Counted from the stretch's first letter, positions 1 through 10,499 are shown. The stretch is DNA of 64,000 bases from an uncultured Bacilli bacterium (GCA_949505625.1 CATBQD010000006.1:3495-67494), one strand, 5' to 3'. Program-made: numbers and translations. Notes: generated from the sequence alone by a model not told the origin.

Positions 1-11
1 AACAAAATGTT

Positions 12-1013
12 CTATTTTCCAATTGGCATTACACTAACAGAATTTACTACATCTAGTAATTCTTCCTGATTCATAGTATCCGACACTACATAGTATTCAA
101 TTCCGTCACTTATCCAAGTGATACTAGAATCCGTCATTGCCCCAATAGTATCTCCTACAAAAAGCGGTTCTCCATAAACCGGAACTGTCGTCATAGCACT
201 TGCTTTTCCAGATGCTTCTTGTACCATCAAAAATGGTTTTTCTCCACTAAAGGTCAAAATTACCCTCTCTCCATTTTCTGTTTTCATAGTATCGTGACTA
301 GTCAATTTTGTATTAGCAGGTATATACATTGGATAAATAATATCTTCTATTTTAGATACAACTTCTGTATTTTCTTCTACCACAGCTGTTTGCATATTTT
401 CATTTAAATCAAAATAATTATTTTCAAAATTAGCTTTCATGTCGATTTTTGTAAACTGCATTTTAATTTGTGTTTTTCCATCCTTATTTTGAACATTTAC
501 TTCTTTTACATTTAAATCTTTATCCATAATAATAATTTGTTTTACCAATTCTTTATTACTTGAATATTCTACTGCTGTTGTAAATTCATATCCATTCTTT
601 GTTTCTTTAAATGTTTTATTGCTATCATTCTTTATATCCTGTAATAATGTTTGTAGCAAATAACTTTGTGAATTATTGTATGGCCATTCACTTTGAAACT
701 TAAAACTTTTATTAAGAGATGGAGTTAATACATAAACGCCTTCATCATTCCTTAAGATTATTTGTTCATGATTATTTGTTTTGTTTTTTAAACTTACTCT
801 AAATTTTTCATTGCTTCCGCTTGAAACATCTACTGTATAACGATATGTTTCCTCATTATTTACTATCTCTAAATTTCCAGTTAAATGATACCCTTTAGAT
901 TTTTCAATTTTTTTGGCAAAATCTTTTACGACATCTTTTTGACCTTTTTTAAAACAGCCAGTCATGAAAATACATCCTACTACCAAAATACAAAATAATA
1001 GTTTTTTACTCAT
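12..1013 (-). CDS. LolA-like lipoprotein, YdcC/sporulation lipoprotein family
   Basis: Lipobox-like FMTGC; HEQIILRNDEGVYVLTPSLNKSFKFQSEWP..NSQSYL resembles B. subtilis YdcC. Confidence 0.75.
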   Translation of the reverse strand: MSKKLLFCILVVGCIFMTGCFKKGQKDVVKDFAKKIEKSKGYHLTGNLEIVNNEETYRYTVDVSSGSNEKFRVSLKNKTNNHEQIILRNDEGVYVLTPSLNKSFKFQSEWPYNNSQSYLLQTLLQDIKNDSNKTFKETKNGYEFTTAVEYSSNKELVKQIIIMDKDLNVKEVNVQNKDGKTQIKMQFTKIDMKANFENNYFDLNENMQTAVVEENTEVVSKIEDIIYPMYIPANTKLTSHDTMKTENGERVILTFSGEKPFLMVQEASGKASAMTTVPVYGEPLFVGDTIGAMTDSSITWISDGIEYYVVSDTMNQEELLDVVNSVSVMPIGK

Positions 1014-1127
1014 TTTCCTTTCACCTCATCATTACAATTCAATTGTATGGAAACTATTAAATAAATATGATTGAATAATTTAAAAATTTTTGAGAATAAT
1101 AAAAACAAAAGAGAAAGGAGAAAGAAT

Positions 1128-1325
1128 ATGGAAACAATTCAAAAAATTGCTTTGGTTTTTACCATTATAGGCGCAATTAACTGGGGACTTGTAGGACTAT
1201 TTGATTTAGACCTTGTTGCCACTATTTTTGGCGACATGACAATGCTTTCTAGAATTGTCTATGGATTAGTTGGAATTTGTGGACTAATCAACATTGGAAT
1301 TCTATTTTCTCATATAGAACAATAA
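1128..1325 (+). CDS. DUF378 family small membrane protein
   Basis: IIGAINWGLVGLFDLDLVATIFG motif; start moved to ATG 1128 after AAGGAG RBS. Confidence 0.85.
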   Translation: METIQKIALVFTIIGAINWGLVGLFDLDLVATIFGDMTMLSRIVYGLVGICGLINIGILFSHIEQ

Positions 1326-1326
1326 T

Positions 1327-1366
1327 AAAAAAAGACCAAAGGTTTTATCTCTTTGATCTTTTTTAT
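1327..1366. terminator. Probable bidirectional intrinsic terminator
   Basis: aaaaaagaccaaag...ctttgatctttttt imperfect inverted repeat between convergent genes. Confidence 0.6.
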
Positions 1367-1368
1367 TA

Positions 1369-2733
1369 TTATTTTTCTTTCTCGATTTTAATTCTAACTC
1401 GTTTGGTTTTTGCTGTGTACTGAACACGAGAATCTGTTCCTTCCACATTTACCTCAATTTCATAAGTACCCTCTGTATATCCTTTTAAATCAAGATAAGC
1501 GGTAATATCATCAGATGCAATTCCATCTAATACTGATTTTACACCTTTCACATTAACACTAATTCGTATATCATTTTCACTAAGACCTTGAACAGTATAT
1601 CCATCGCTTAAGTTACGATATTCTATCTGAACGTTGTTAATATCTTTATCAGAGGACTCATCTAGTTTTATATTTACAGTAATATTATTAATACTCATTG
1701 AGGTAATTCCAGCTGGTTTAGAAATTCCTAATTTATACTGACGGTTTTCTTTTAAACCATTTACATCTACTTCTACAGGAATATAACGTAATTCTGAAAT
1801 CACGGCTTCATCTCCATAGACTGTAATCGTTGACTCACTACTCTCAATAGAACTAATTGCTTTTCCAAAAGCCACTGTTCCTTTTGGAATAATTCTGATT
1901 GGCACTTCTTTCATTGGGGAAGTAATTACTAAATCTACATCAATTTTAGCTGGGACTATTTCAACGTCAATAATGTTTCCCGTACTATCATAAGCTTTTA
2001 AAGGAACATCTTTCAATGTTGTAGTTCCAATTTCTTGCTTTACAATATTTTTCACATCGGCTAAAGCTTTTACTGTTGCTACTTTATTAAGCTGATGTTC
2101 TGCTCCTTTTACTATTACTTTATCATCGGTTACTTTTAATTCCTTAACAACTAATTTTGAATCTAAACTGTCCTTATTTAATAAATCCAACGACAAGATT
2201 TTAGTTTTCGAAATTTTTGGATAAATATTAATTGTTACAGAAGATGGATTCACTTTATATTCTAAAGAAGTTGAAGCAACCTGATTATATTTAATATTTA
2301 CCTTATGCGTTCCCGCCCTTAACCCTGTTAAATCTACATTCACATCATAAGATGGGGATTGTTTTGCTATAAATAAATCGGTTTTTGAACCTATTAAAGT
2401 AATATCTACTGTTTCTGGTAAACCCTCAATCACATACGCTTCTTCATTATATTTAGCCGTCACTGGTTGATTTGTTAAAACTTCAGCAGAGCTTTCAGAA
2501 AATCTCAATATTTTCTGATCCACTACTACAAATATAAAAATAGCTAAAAATAAAGAAATAAATAATAAAGTTGTTGGCCTAGATAGCCAATTTTCAAATC
2601 GTTTTCCAGAACGGTCAAAATTTCCAGTTAATTTTAAAATCAGTTTCGTTATTGGAACAATAATTCTACGATCAATAAAGCGCCAGATTTTATTAAAGAA
2701 ATTATTCATTGTCTGTATTAAATTCTTCATCAA
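1369..2733 (-). CDS. cdaR: CdaR/YbbR diadenylate cyclase regulator
   Basis: N-terminal TM helix, repeated YbbR-like beta domains (VDLTGL..GTHKV; AYLDLKGY..GTY), directly downstream of cdaA. Confidence 0.85.
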   Translation of the reverse strand: MMKNLIQTMNNFFNKIWRFIDRRIIVPITKLILKLTGNFDRSGKRFENWLSRPTTLLFISLFLAIFIFVVVDQKILRFSESSAEVLTNQPVTAKYNEEAYVIEGLPETVDITLIGSKTDLFIAKQSPSYDVNVDLTGLRAGTHKVNIKYNQVASTSLEYKVNPSSVTINIYPKISKTKILSLDLLNKDSLDSKLVVKELKVTDDKVIVKGAEHQLNKVATVKALADVKNIVKQEIGTTTLKDVPLKAYDSTGNIIDVEIVPAKIDVDLVITSPMKEVPIRIIPKGTVAFGKAISSIESSESTITVYGDEAVISELRYIPVEVDVNGLKENRQYKLGISKPAGITSMSINNITVNIKLDESSDKDINNVQIEYRNLSDGYTVQGLSENDIRISVNVKGVKSVLDGIASDDITAYLDLKGYTEGTYEIEVNVEGTDSRVQYTAKTKRVRIKIEKEK

Positions 2734-3532
2734 TCGTCTCCTCCTCTTCTTCCGTTACTGTTGCTTTTTTTGGACGCAATTCATCTAATAACATTAATTT
2801 CACTTCATCTAAAGTAAGATTATAATGTAATTCCCCTCCTAAAGCGATAGAAAGCCTTCCAGTTTCTTCAGAAGCAATGAGAGAAATACAATCTGTTTCT
2901 TCTGAGATTCCCAAGGCAGCTCGATGTCTTGTTCCAAGTCTTTTACTAATCTTTAGATTCTCACTTGTAGGAAAAACTGCTCCAGCGCTTGTAATTTTAT
3001 CTCCTTGAATTATTACACCACCATCATGTAATGGATTGTTTGGAAAAAAGATAGACTCCAACAAATCACTAGAAATATCCGCATATAATTTTTTCGATTT
3101 TTCAATATAATCATTTAAACTATGATCTCTTTCAATCACAATCAAAGCACCAATTCTTGCTCTTTTGCAATAATCCAAAGCTTGTATAATTTCATATACA
3201 ACTTTTTCCCTTTCATCTACTGTTAACAATTTATGTCTGCCTAATAATTGGCTTCTACCCAATTGTTCCAATACATTACGAATTTCCGGTTGAAAAATTA
3301 TAATAAGTGCTAAAGGCCCCCACATAATTACATAATCTAATAAATAATTAATTGTAACTAAATTCAATAAATCACTAATTACTTTTAATACCAATAAGAT
3401 TAATATTCCTTTAAATAATAATACCATTTTTACATTTTTTCTTAAATTTTTTAGAATATAATATAATAACCACCAAACTAATAATACATCTAATAATTTT
3501 CTTAGTAGTATTACAACTCCGTCAAATGTCAT
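2702..3532 (-). CDS. cdaA: Diadenylate cyclase CdaA (DacA)
   Basis: 3 TM helices, IIIFQPEIR, GALIVIER, PLHDGG, LGTRHRAALG, SEETG motifs. Confidence 0.95.
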   Translation of the reverse strand: MTFDGVVILLRKLLDVLLVWWLLYYILKNLRKNVKMVLLFKGILILLVLKVISDLLNLVTINYLLDYVIMWGPLALIIIFQPEIRNVLEQLGRSQLLGRHKLLTVDEREKVVYEIIQALDYCKRARIGALIVIERDHSLNDYIEKSKKLYADISSDLLESIFFPNNPLHDGGVIIQGDKITSAGAVFPTSENLKISKRLGTRHRAALGISEETDCISLIASEETGRLSIALGGELHYNLTLDEVKLMLLDELRPKKATVTEEEEETIDEEFNTDNE

Positions 3533-3634
3533 AGTTATCCTCCAATCATTTACAGTGTCTTATCCATTATATCATACTTATTCCAGAATTAAAAATAGGA
3601 ATTTTAAAATTCAAAAAAATAGCGTTTCCGCTAT

Positions 3635-4366
3635 TTAAAATTTCCATATATCATCGTCATCATTTTCACTATTTATAGTTGCACTCACGTCTTCTTTTAT
3701 AGAATCAATATCTGGAAGATTCAATCCGAAGTCTTCTTCTTTTGATGATATTTCTGCATTATCTCCAAATGGCACATTTAAATCTTCTTCTGGCATATTA
3801 TACGATGAATTGTATGAGACATCTTCTGTAAGTGGAACATTAAGATTTTCCTCTACTACATTTTCAGATGGAATTTCAAAATCTCCAAATGGCGCATTTA
3901 AATCCTCAGCAACCTCAAACGTTCCAGTATCAGGTACATCATAAGAATTATTCTCTCCTATGGGAACATTTAGATCTTCTTCTGGGAATGCTTCCACTCT
4001 ATTTTCTTCATATGGTACTTCTAATGTCTTACTTGAGACATTCATATCATCTGTCAAAGGATCCCTGAACTGTACAACTTCTTCTGGTTCTTTTTCTATT
4101 GGCTTTATAATTCTCTCTGGTGCTTCAAATTCATATGCTTTTTTTTCTGCTTCTGAAGTTTCTACAACAGGAGCCGCTGGAGTCTCAGCCTTCTTTATTT
4201 CCTCTTTTTTTTCCTGGTTGCCTTCTATTACTTGCTTATTATTTTTTTTCTTTGAAAATTCTTTTTTACCGAAATTAGTTTTTTCTGCAATATAACCAAT
4301 AATTGTCATCAATATAACGACCACAATGACAATAATCCATATATAATTATCTGTTAAAATTTCCAT
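3635..4366 (-). CDS. Membrane-anchored acidic low-complexity protein with four E-[DN]-L-N-[VA]-P repeats
   Basis: N-terminal TM helix; repeats EEDLNVPIGE, AEDLNAPFGD, EENLNVPLTE, EEDLNVPFGD. Confidence 0.7.
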   Translation of the reverse strand: MEILTDNYIWIIVIVVVILMTIIGYIAEKTNFGKKEFSKKKNNKQVIEGNQEKKEEIKKAETPAAPVVETSEAEKKAYEFEAPERIIKPIEKEPEEVVQFRDPLTDDMNVSSKTLEVPYEENRVEAFPEEDLNVPIGENNSYDVPDTGTFEVAEDLNAPFGDFEIPSENVVEENLNVPLTEDVSYNSSYNMPEEDLNVPFGDNAEISSKEEDFGLNLPDIDSIKEDVSATINSENDDDDIWKF

Positions 4367-4433
4367 ATAAAATTTTCCTCCCTTATATTCTCATAAACAT
4401 GATAACATTAAATCTTAATTTTTTCAAGCATTT

Positions 4434-4946
4434 TTAATCAACCCTTGTCAAATAATCTTCGCCTTTAAATGGATCACTAAAAAGCAGTTCTGGATAATCT
4501 TGCTGTCGTAGAACTTCAAATACCATAATAGCTACACAGTTTGATAAATTAAGAGCTCGTATATTATCATTTATAGGAATTCTCATACACCGATCTAAAT
4601 AATTTTTTAATATCTCCTTTGGAATTCCTGTACTTTCTTTTCCAAATATCAAATAAATTGGTTTTTCCTTTTCAGTATAGTTGAAGGCACTGTGAGCTTT
4701 TGTTCCGTAGCGAGTTAAGAAATAATATTCTCCAGGATTCTTCTTTACAAAATCGTCAAAATCTTCATATACTGTATAATCACAATGATCTATATAATTG
4801 ACCCCACTTCTTTTAATTTTATTTTCATCCAATGAAAAACCTAATGGTTTTATTAAATGCAATTTGGTATTTGTTCCTGCGCAGGTTCGCATAATATTTC
4901 CAGTATTTTGAGGAATCTCTGGTTCAAATAACACTACATTAAGCAT
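4434..4946 (-). CDS. trmL: tRNA (cytidine(34)-2'-O)-methyltransferase TrmL
   Basis: VVLFEPEIPQNTGNIMRTC, IFGKESTGIP, RALNLSN SPOUT motifs. Confidence 0.93.
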   Translation of the reverse strand: MLNVVLFEPEIPQNTGNIMRTCAGTNTKLHLIKPLGFSLDENKIKRSGVNYIDHCDYTVYEDFDDFVKKNPGEYYFLTRYGTKAHSAFNYTEKEKPIYLIFGKESTGIPKEILKNYLDRCMRIPINDNIRALNLSNCVAIMVFEVLRQQDYPELLFSDPFKGEDYLTRVD

Positions 4947-5451
4947 CTTCCAATACTCCATTTCTTTGCAAAAAAGGTTTTACATCATTTGCATTTCTTT
5001 CTATCAATGACGTACGATATAAAATATCTTTTACTTTTCCATTTTCTAAAATTAATAAATTCGGATACGTTATTTCTACCCCTTGCACATTATTCATAAA
5101 ATAATTTTTTTCAAGGTCTAATAAAAATTTTCTTGTACTTTCTTTTCCATTCATATAAATAAAATGTGATTTTAAGTTTTCATCTAATATATAATTTCTT
5201 AGTTTCTTTTCAAATTTCTTTGTAGTTTCTGATTGATCATTACTAATATAAACCACTATATCTGGATTTTCCAGAACATAATTTTCAAATTCAAGTTCTT
5301 TTACTTCGCCAACAAGATCCTTCATTACAGAATTTTCTAAATAATAATTCTCTGATGCTCGATACCATTTACTCATATACATAACTGCAAGAATCGTTAC
5401 TACCGCTAATAATCCTAATAATATATAATTTTTTTTAGGAATTGTTTTCAT
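4939..5451 (-). CDS. Membrane-anchored thioredoxin-fold-like hypothetical protein
   Basis: IPKKNYI + TM helix; C-terminal YPNLLILENGKVKDIL is thioredoxin-like; no CxxC. Confidence 0.55.
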   Translation of the reverse strand: MKTIPKKNYILLGLLAVVTILAVMYMSKWYRASENYYLENSVMKDLVGEVKELEFENYVLENPDIVVYISNDQSETTKKFEKKLRNYILDENLKSHFIYMNGKESTRKFLLDLEKNYFMNNVQGVEITYPNLLILENGKVKDILYRTSLIERNANDVKPFLQRNGVLEDA

Positions 5452-5549
5452 AACGCCACCTCACTATCATCATTTTAACACACATCCTTTCATAGTTCAA
5501 TCTAATGATATGATTTTAACACTTTCTTTTTGATTTAAAAAAGAGAATT

Positions 5550-6563
5550 TTAATAATTCTCTTCATTATTTTGTACTTCGTCAATTGTAACAACAGGAAG
5601 AACAACTTTCTCATCTTCACATAAACCTTTAAATTCTTCTCTAAATATATTTAATTCTTTAATAATACTATCTGGATAAATTCGTTTGCTGGTTTTGATC
5701 GCTTCATAAACATCTACAACATCTACAACAGGTTTATTTTGATATAACGCTTGGGAAAAAGCTTGTGTCAAAACAGAGAAAGCAACATCTGGATATTGAG
5801 CTGCAAGTCCATAAATACGCTTAAATTCTGAAGTTGCTCTTACAATCGATTTTATCAAAAGCTCCGATACATATTCATTGTACTTAAATTTTATTCCTGT
5901 TTTCTTTTCTATCTTAGGTAGTGAGCCCATCAAAATTTTTACTGTAGTTGGCTCATCTGGTTCACTTACTTCAATCTTATCGAATCGTCTTAAAAATGCC
6001 CGATCTCTTACAATATAAGTATCATACTCAATTGTCGTTGTAGCACCTATCGCTTTTACATCTCCACGATCAAGTGCTGGTTTTAAAATGTTTGCTAAAT
6101 CCATTGGCCCATCTCCGCGTCCGCCAATTAATGTATGTACTTCATCAATAAACAAAATTGTTTTATCTACATTTTTTAATTCTTGAACAAGCAAACTAAT
6201 AACCATTTCTTCTTTTCCATTTACGGTCATTTTACCAATTAATGAAGTAGAATTAATTTTAATAATACGATATCCCTTTAACGCTTCTGGAACCTCATCT
6301 CTTTGAATCAAATATGCCAGACCTTCTACAATCGCAGTTTTTCCAATACCTGGTTTTCCAACTAGCAATCCAGATTTTTCTGGAGTTAATAAAACAATCA
6401 TTAATTTCTTAATTTCACTTTCACGTGCTATTGCTGGATTAGTTATATATGTTTTTGCCGTCAAATCTTCTCCATATGATTTTATAACACTAAATGAATT
6501 TGGAACTACATTTGTTACATTTTCGTCATCTAGATTTAAGATTTCAATGTTTTCATCTTTCAT
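5550..6563 (-). CDS. Stand-alone ClpA/B/C-type AAA+ (NBD1-only) ATPase
   Basis: GKPGIGKTAIVEGLA Walker A, ILFIDEVHTLIG Walker B, DLANILKPALDRG, IGATT, DRAFLRRF. Confidence 0.85.
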   Translation of the reverse strand: MKDENIEILNLDDENVTNVVPNSFSVIKSYGEDLTAKTYITNPAIARESEIKKLMIVLLTPEKSGLLVGKPGIGKTAIVEGLAYLIQRDEVPEALKGYRIIKINSTSLIGKMTVNGKEEMVISLLVQELKNVDKTILFIDEVHTLIGGRGDGPMDLANILKPALDRGDVKAIGATTTIEYDTYIVRDRAFLRRFDKIEVSEPDEPTTVKILMGSLPKIEKKTGIKFKYNEYVSELLIKSIVRATSEFKRIYGLAAQYPDVAFSVLTQAFSQALYQNKPVVDVVDVYEAIKTSKRIYPDSIIKELNIFREEFKGLCEDEKVVLPVVTIDEVQNNEENY

Positions 6564-6575
6564 TTGGTTTCCCCT

Positions 6576-6989
6576 TTATTTTATATATCCTTTTTTCTTT
6601 AATTTTTCTACCACTTTATTCATTGGCTTATTTCCATCTATTCTATCATACATAGAAGCCTCTACTCCATTTTCTATGAATGCAGTAGTCGGTGTACCTG
6701 TATAATTTACATATGTTTTTAATTTAGCATTTTCTGCTACTGATAGTTTTGAAATATCAATATAACTAATTTTTATCTGATATTTTGAAATAACTTCGTT
6801 CAATGTTTCTTTATATAAATCACAATGCTGGCACTCAGTAGAACCGATAAATAAAATAAAACTTTGTTTTTCCTCAATCATATTCATCAATGTTTTGTAA
6901 TCTATTTCATCATAAGTCTTTAATTTATTTCCGCATCCAGTTAAGCAGAAAGAGAGACCGATTATGGCTAATATAAATATTTTTTTCAT
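6576..6989 (-). CDS. Thioredoxin-family lipoprotein
   Basis: Lipobox LTGC; CQHC motif; GTPT cis-Pro loop. Confidence 0.8.
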   Translation of the reverse strand: MKKIFILAIIGLSFCLTGCGNKLKTYDEIDYKTLMNMIEEKQSFILFIGSTECQHCDLYKETLNEVISKYQIKISYIDISKLSVAENAKLKTYVNYTGTPTTAFIENGVEASMYDRIDGNKPMNKVVEKLKKKGYIK

Positions 6990-7046
6990 TTATTTCACTT
7001 CCCTTACTGTTCATTATAACCTAAAAGGTTATAAAAAAAAAGAGTT

Positions 7047-7508
7047 TTATAAAAAATTTTCTCTTTTAAAAACTAATAATTGCTCAGGCAATAAATAAAT
7101 ATTTTCATTTTCCATTGTCAATTTTTCTGTGTTTGTTTTAAACCTTTTTACTACATCTTTTAAAGTATCAAATTCTTTTGTAACATAAATTTGAACCCCC
7201 GCTCTTGGAATTAATAATTCTTGATTTGGATAAATATAATCATCTTCTTCCAAGCCATTTATAAGCGCAATGTCTTTTGCACTAGCTTGATACTGTTTTC
7301 CTATTTCATATAAATTATCTCCAGATTTTACACGATAATTCTGAAATAAGCTTGCTTGGGTATTTGGAATCACAAGATTTTCTCCAACTCTTAATTCATG
7401 ATCTTCTGCAAAACCATTCAATTCACACAACACTTGATACTCCATATCCAATTTTTCTGCAATACCTTTTAACTCTTCTCCTGGTAATACCTGATATACT
7501 TTATACAT
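7047..7508 (-). CDS. LysM repeat protein
   Basis: Three LysM-like units (YQVLPGEEL..IA, YRVKSGDNLYEIG, YVTKEFDTL). Confidence 0.85.
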   Translation of the reverse strand: MYKVYQVLPGEELKGIAEKLDMEYQVLCELNGFAEDHELRVGENLVIPNTQASLFQNYRVKSGDNLYEIGKQYQASAKDIALINGLEEDDYIYPNQELLIPRAGVQIYVTKEFDTLKDVVKRFKTNTEKLTMENENIYLLPEQLLVFKRENFL

Positions 7509-7576
7509 ATAATACACCTCACTATAGTGTATGTACAAAATAAAATTTGGTTTTTATTTTATTATTATATTACCTT

Positions 7577-8086
7577 TTATTTAAAGTATCCATTTTGAAC
7601 CATTTTTGTTTCATTAACCACTAAGAATGCTTTTTCATCTAATTCTTTGACAATTGATTGTAAATGATCGAATCTTTTTTTGTCAATTTCAATAAATAAC
7701 ATTAATTTGTCTTCTTCTTGTCCTTTTACATTGATAACTGAGACTGCATATCCTTCTTTTCGTAGATGCTCTATCATAGATGACTTTTCTACGCTTGTAA
7801 TAATTTGAACGCCAAAATTTCCAGGAATAAATTTTTGAGAAATGAATCCACCTATATAAGTCCCTGTTGCATATCCGCCAGCATAAGAAATAGCAATAAA
7901 AATACTAGTAAGCTCTGTATTCATTGCTTCCTGTACAATGATAAACCAAATCAGAACTTCAACAAATCCAATTAAACTTGCATAACCTTTTTTTCCTTTC
8001 ACTGTTAGAACTGTTCTTACTGTCCCAAGTGAAACATCCATTATTCTTGCGCAAAATATTTTAATACATAATATGAAAAGTTCCAT
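7577..8086 (-). CDS. DUF2179/DUF5698 (YebE-like) membrane protein
   Basis: IFCARIMDVSLGTVRTV, GFVEVLIW, YAGGYATGTYIG. Confidence 0.8.
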   Translation of the reverse strand: MELFILCIKIFCARIMDVSLGTVRTVLTVKGKKGYASLIGFVEVLIWFIIVQEAMNTELTSIFIAISYAGGYATGTYIGGFISQKFIPGNFGVQIITSVEKSSMIEHLRKEGYAVSVINVKGQEEDKLMLFIEIDKKRFDHLQSIVKELDEKAFLVVNETKMVQNGYFK

Positions 8087-8301
8087 AAATACACTCCTAT
8101 TCTAAAATTAGTATATCATACTATTAGTATTACTGAAAAGGACTTTTCTATTCTTTATTTTTATTCTTCTATCAAAATTATACAAGTTTTATGCTTTTAA
8201 GCATTTAATCTATAACCTTCTGATAGATTATAATTCACTCATTAGATTGCTTATTTATTACATTATATTAGAAAATGTGCTACAATAAATATGGTGATAA
8301 T

Positions 8302-9309
8302 ATGAGAAAACTAAGTTATTTAATAAAAAGAATTTTCAACATGGATTATAAACGCTTTTTTTGCACAGTTAATGAAGTAAAACAAAAGACAGGGAAATCC
8401 AAAATATTTATTTTTTTTGATATTGTATATTGTGGCTTGAAGTATCAAGCAGGCTATTTAGATTATCTTTTATTTGAAATGTATAAATTAAATAAAAATC
8501 AACGTAAAACAATTTTAACAAGAGGAATTAACAACGCTTATATTAAAAAATATAATAATCCAAACTATACTTATTTATTCAAAGAAAAACAAGAATTTAA
8601 TAAAATGTTTAAAGATTATATTAAACGAGACTGGATTCTACTAAATGGTAGTAATCAAGAAGCATTTGATAAATTTTTAAAAAACAAAAAAGAAGTATTT
8701 GCCAAGCCGTTAAACGGAACTCACGGAGATAATATGCAAAAAATTAAACTTAGTGAGTGGAAAAATAAAAATCTTTATCAATACTTAATGGAACAACAAT
8801 TATTTTTAATAGAAGAATTGGTCATTCAAGATAAAATCATGAATTCTTTAAATCCCTCTTCTATCAATACAATTCGAGTAATCAGTATTTTTAAAAATGG
8901 AAAAGCAAAAATTATTGCTGCTTATTCTAGGATTGGTTGCGGTAAAATAGTAGATAACTTTAATGCTGGTGGTATGGTTGCGCCTGTTGATATAAAAACT
9001 GGGAAGATTACTTATCCTGCTGTAAATAAAAAAAATCTAGTTTTTGAAAAGCATCCAGAAACCAATATTCCAATTGAAGGATTCCAAATTCCAGAATGGG
9101 AAAATGTAAAGAATTTAGTTTTAAAAGCCGCTAAAATAGTCCCACAAGTTGGTTTAGTTGGATGGGATGTTGCCATTTCTGATCATGGACCGCTTTTAAT
9201 TGAAGGAAATGAATTTCCTGGTCACGATATTTATCAATTACCACCTCACAGAAAAGATGGTATTGGAATGCTTCCTACATTTGAAAAAATAATTAATAAT
9301 AAAAAATAG
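8302..9309 (+). CDS. Sugar-transfer-associated ATP-grasp protein
   Basis: AKPLNG, LIEE, SINTIRV, VDNFNAGG, VGWDVAI, LIEGN.FPG. Confidence 0.8.
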   Translation: MRKLSYLIKRIFNMDYKRFFCTVNEVKQKTGKSKIFIFFDIVYCGLKYQAGYLDYLLFEMYKLNKNQRKTILTRGINNAYIKKYNNPNYTYLFKEKQEFNKMFKDYIKRDWILLNGSNQEAFDKFLKNKKEVFAKPLNGTHGDNMQKIKLSEWKNKNLYQYLMEQQLFLIEELVIQDKIMNSLNPSSINTIRVISIFKNGKAKIIAAYSRIGCGKIVDNFNAGGMVAPVDIKTGKITYPAVNKKNLVFEKHPETNIPIEGFQIPEWENVKNLVLKAAKIVPQVGLVGWDVAISDHGPLLIEGNEFPGHDIYQLPPHRKDGIGMLPTFEKIINNKK

Positions 9310-9325
9310 GAGATTGGGAAATCTT

Positions 9326-9898
9326 CTATTTTATTATTTCAATAATTCCGTCTTTTACATCTTTTAAGTTTTTTCGAATTATAAAAATTTCAATCAAATC
9401 TAAAACTGCATATACCAAGATAAACATTCCAATAATTTGAGTAATTAGCATGGCTCCTTCAAAAGGATCAAATAAAAGTAATAGCCCCCAAATAAATGTG
9501 ATTGCAGCCAATATCATTGTTGGAACCCATGCTTTGTTATTATAAGCTTTTAATTGAAATGCATATTGTATTTTAGTAACACTGCTAATAATAATCCACA
9601 TTCCCAAAATAAAATGAATAACACTCGCCAAGGCCTTGGGATTTAAAAATAAAGATATTCCCACAATAACACAAATAACTCCTAATATTAATTCTCCGCT
9701 AAGCATGGTATAGCCATCTCTGTTGGTAAAATATTTAATTAAAAATATTGCACCACTTACCATAATCAAAGAACCAATCGCATAAGAAATAATTGCCATT
9801 GTTGTGTCAGGCTTCATAATTAAAAATAATCCAATTATAATAAAGAAAATCGAAGATAAAATAGACATCAAAAACATTTTCTTAAAACTTTCTATCAT
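9326..9898 (-). CDS. HdeD/DUF308 family membrane protein
   Basis: Six hydrophobic helices in a twofold repeat. Confidence 0.7.
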   Translation of the reverse strand: MIESFKKMFLMSILSSIFFIIIGLFLIMKPDTTMAIISYAIGSLIMVSGAIFLIKYFTNRDGYTMLSGELILGVICVIVGISLFLNPKALASVIHFILGMWIIISSVTKIQYAFQLKAYNNKAWVPTMILAAITFIWGLLLLFDPFEGAMLITQIIGMFILVYAVLDLIEIFIIRKNLKDVKDGIIEIIK

Positions 9899-10012
9899 GA
9901 AGTTTCCTCCTTTTTATCGATGTCTCTATTGTATCTTAATTTTATAAAAATTACAACTACACTTTCTAGCAGTTTGTTTATAAAAAAAGCTATTTTAAAA
10001 AAATTAAAATAA

Positions 10013-10453
10013 CTATAAATATTTTTTCAGATTATCAATTTGTTTTTCCTGAAATTTGTGAAGTTCTTTTGCCAAATCTAATATTTTATTGTCTACTTTT
10101 TTCTCATATTGATCAATCTTCTTACTAATTTCTAGACTTCCCATAGTTAATCCTTTTATAAGCATATCCGCCATACTAGCATCACTATTATCTTCTAGTA
10201 CTTCTTTTTTCATACTAATATTAGCACTCATTTTTGCCATAAATCCGACTTCTTTTTCTTCTATTTTAAATTTACTAAATAATTTCAATGATCTTTCAAA
10301 ATACTTTTCATATTCATTTAAAATATCGTCTAGAACTTCTTTAATTTTATTATCTTTTCCGTGTAATTCTTTTACTAACTCTGTTGTAGAATATTTGCCC
10401 ATTTCAGCTGTCTTATAAATATACTGCAATAATTCTTGATTGCTTTCGTTCAA
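10013..10453 (-). CDS. Conserved helical (ferritin-like) hypothetical protein
   Basis: LLQYIYKTAEMG...DNSDASMADMLIKGLTMG...LKKYL pattern typical of a Firmicutes family. Confidence 0.55.
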   Translation of the reverse strand: MNESNQELLQYIYKTAEMGKYSTTELVKELHGKDNKIKEVLDDILNEYEKYFERSLKLFSKFKIEEKEVGFMAKMSANISMKKEVLEDNSDASMADMLIKGLTMGSLEISKKIDQYEKKVDNKILDLAKELHKFQEKQIDNLKKYL

Positions 10454-10499
10454 ATTGCATTCTCCTCTCTAAACCTATTATGATAAAAAAAGAGAATTT

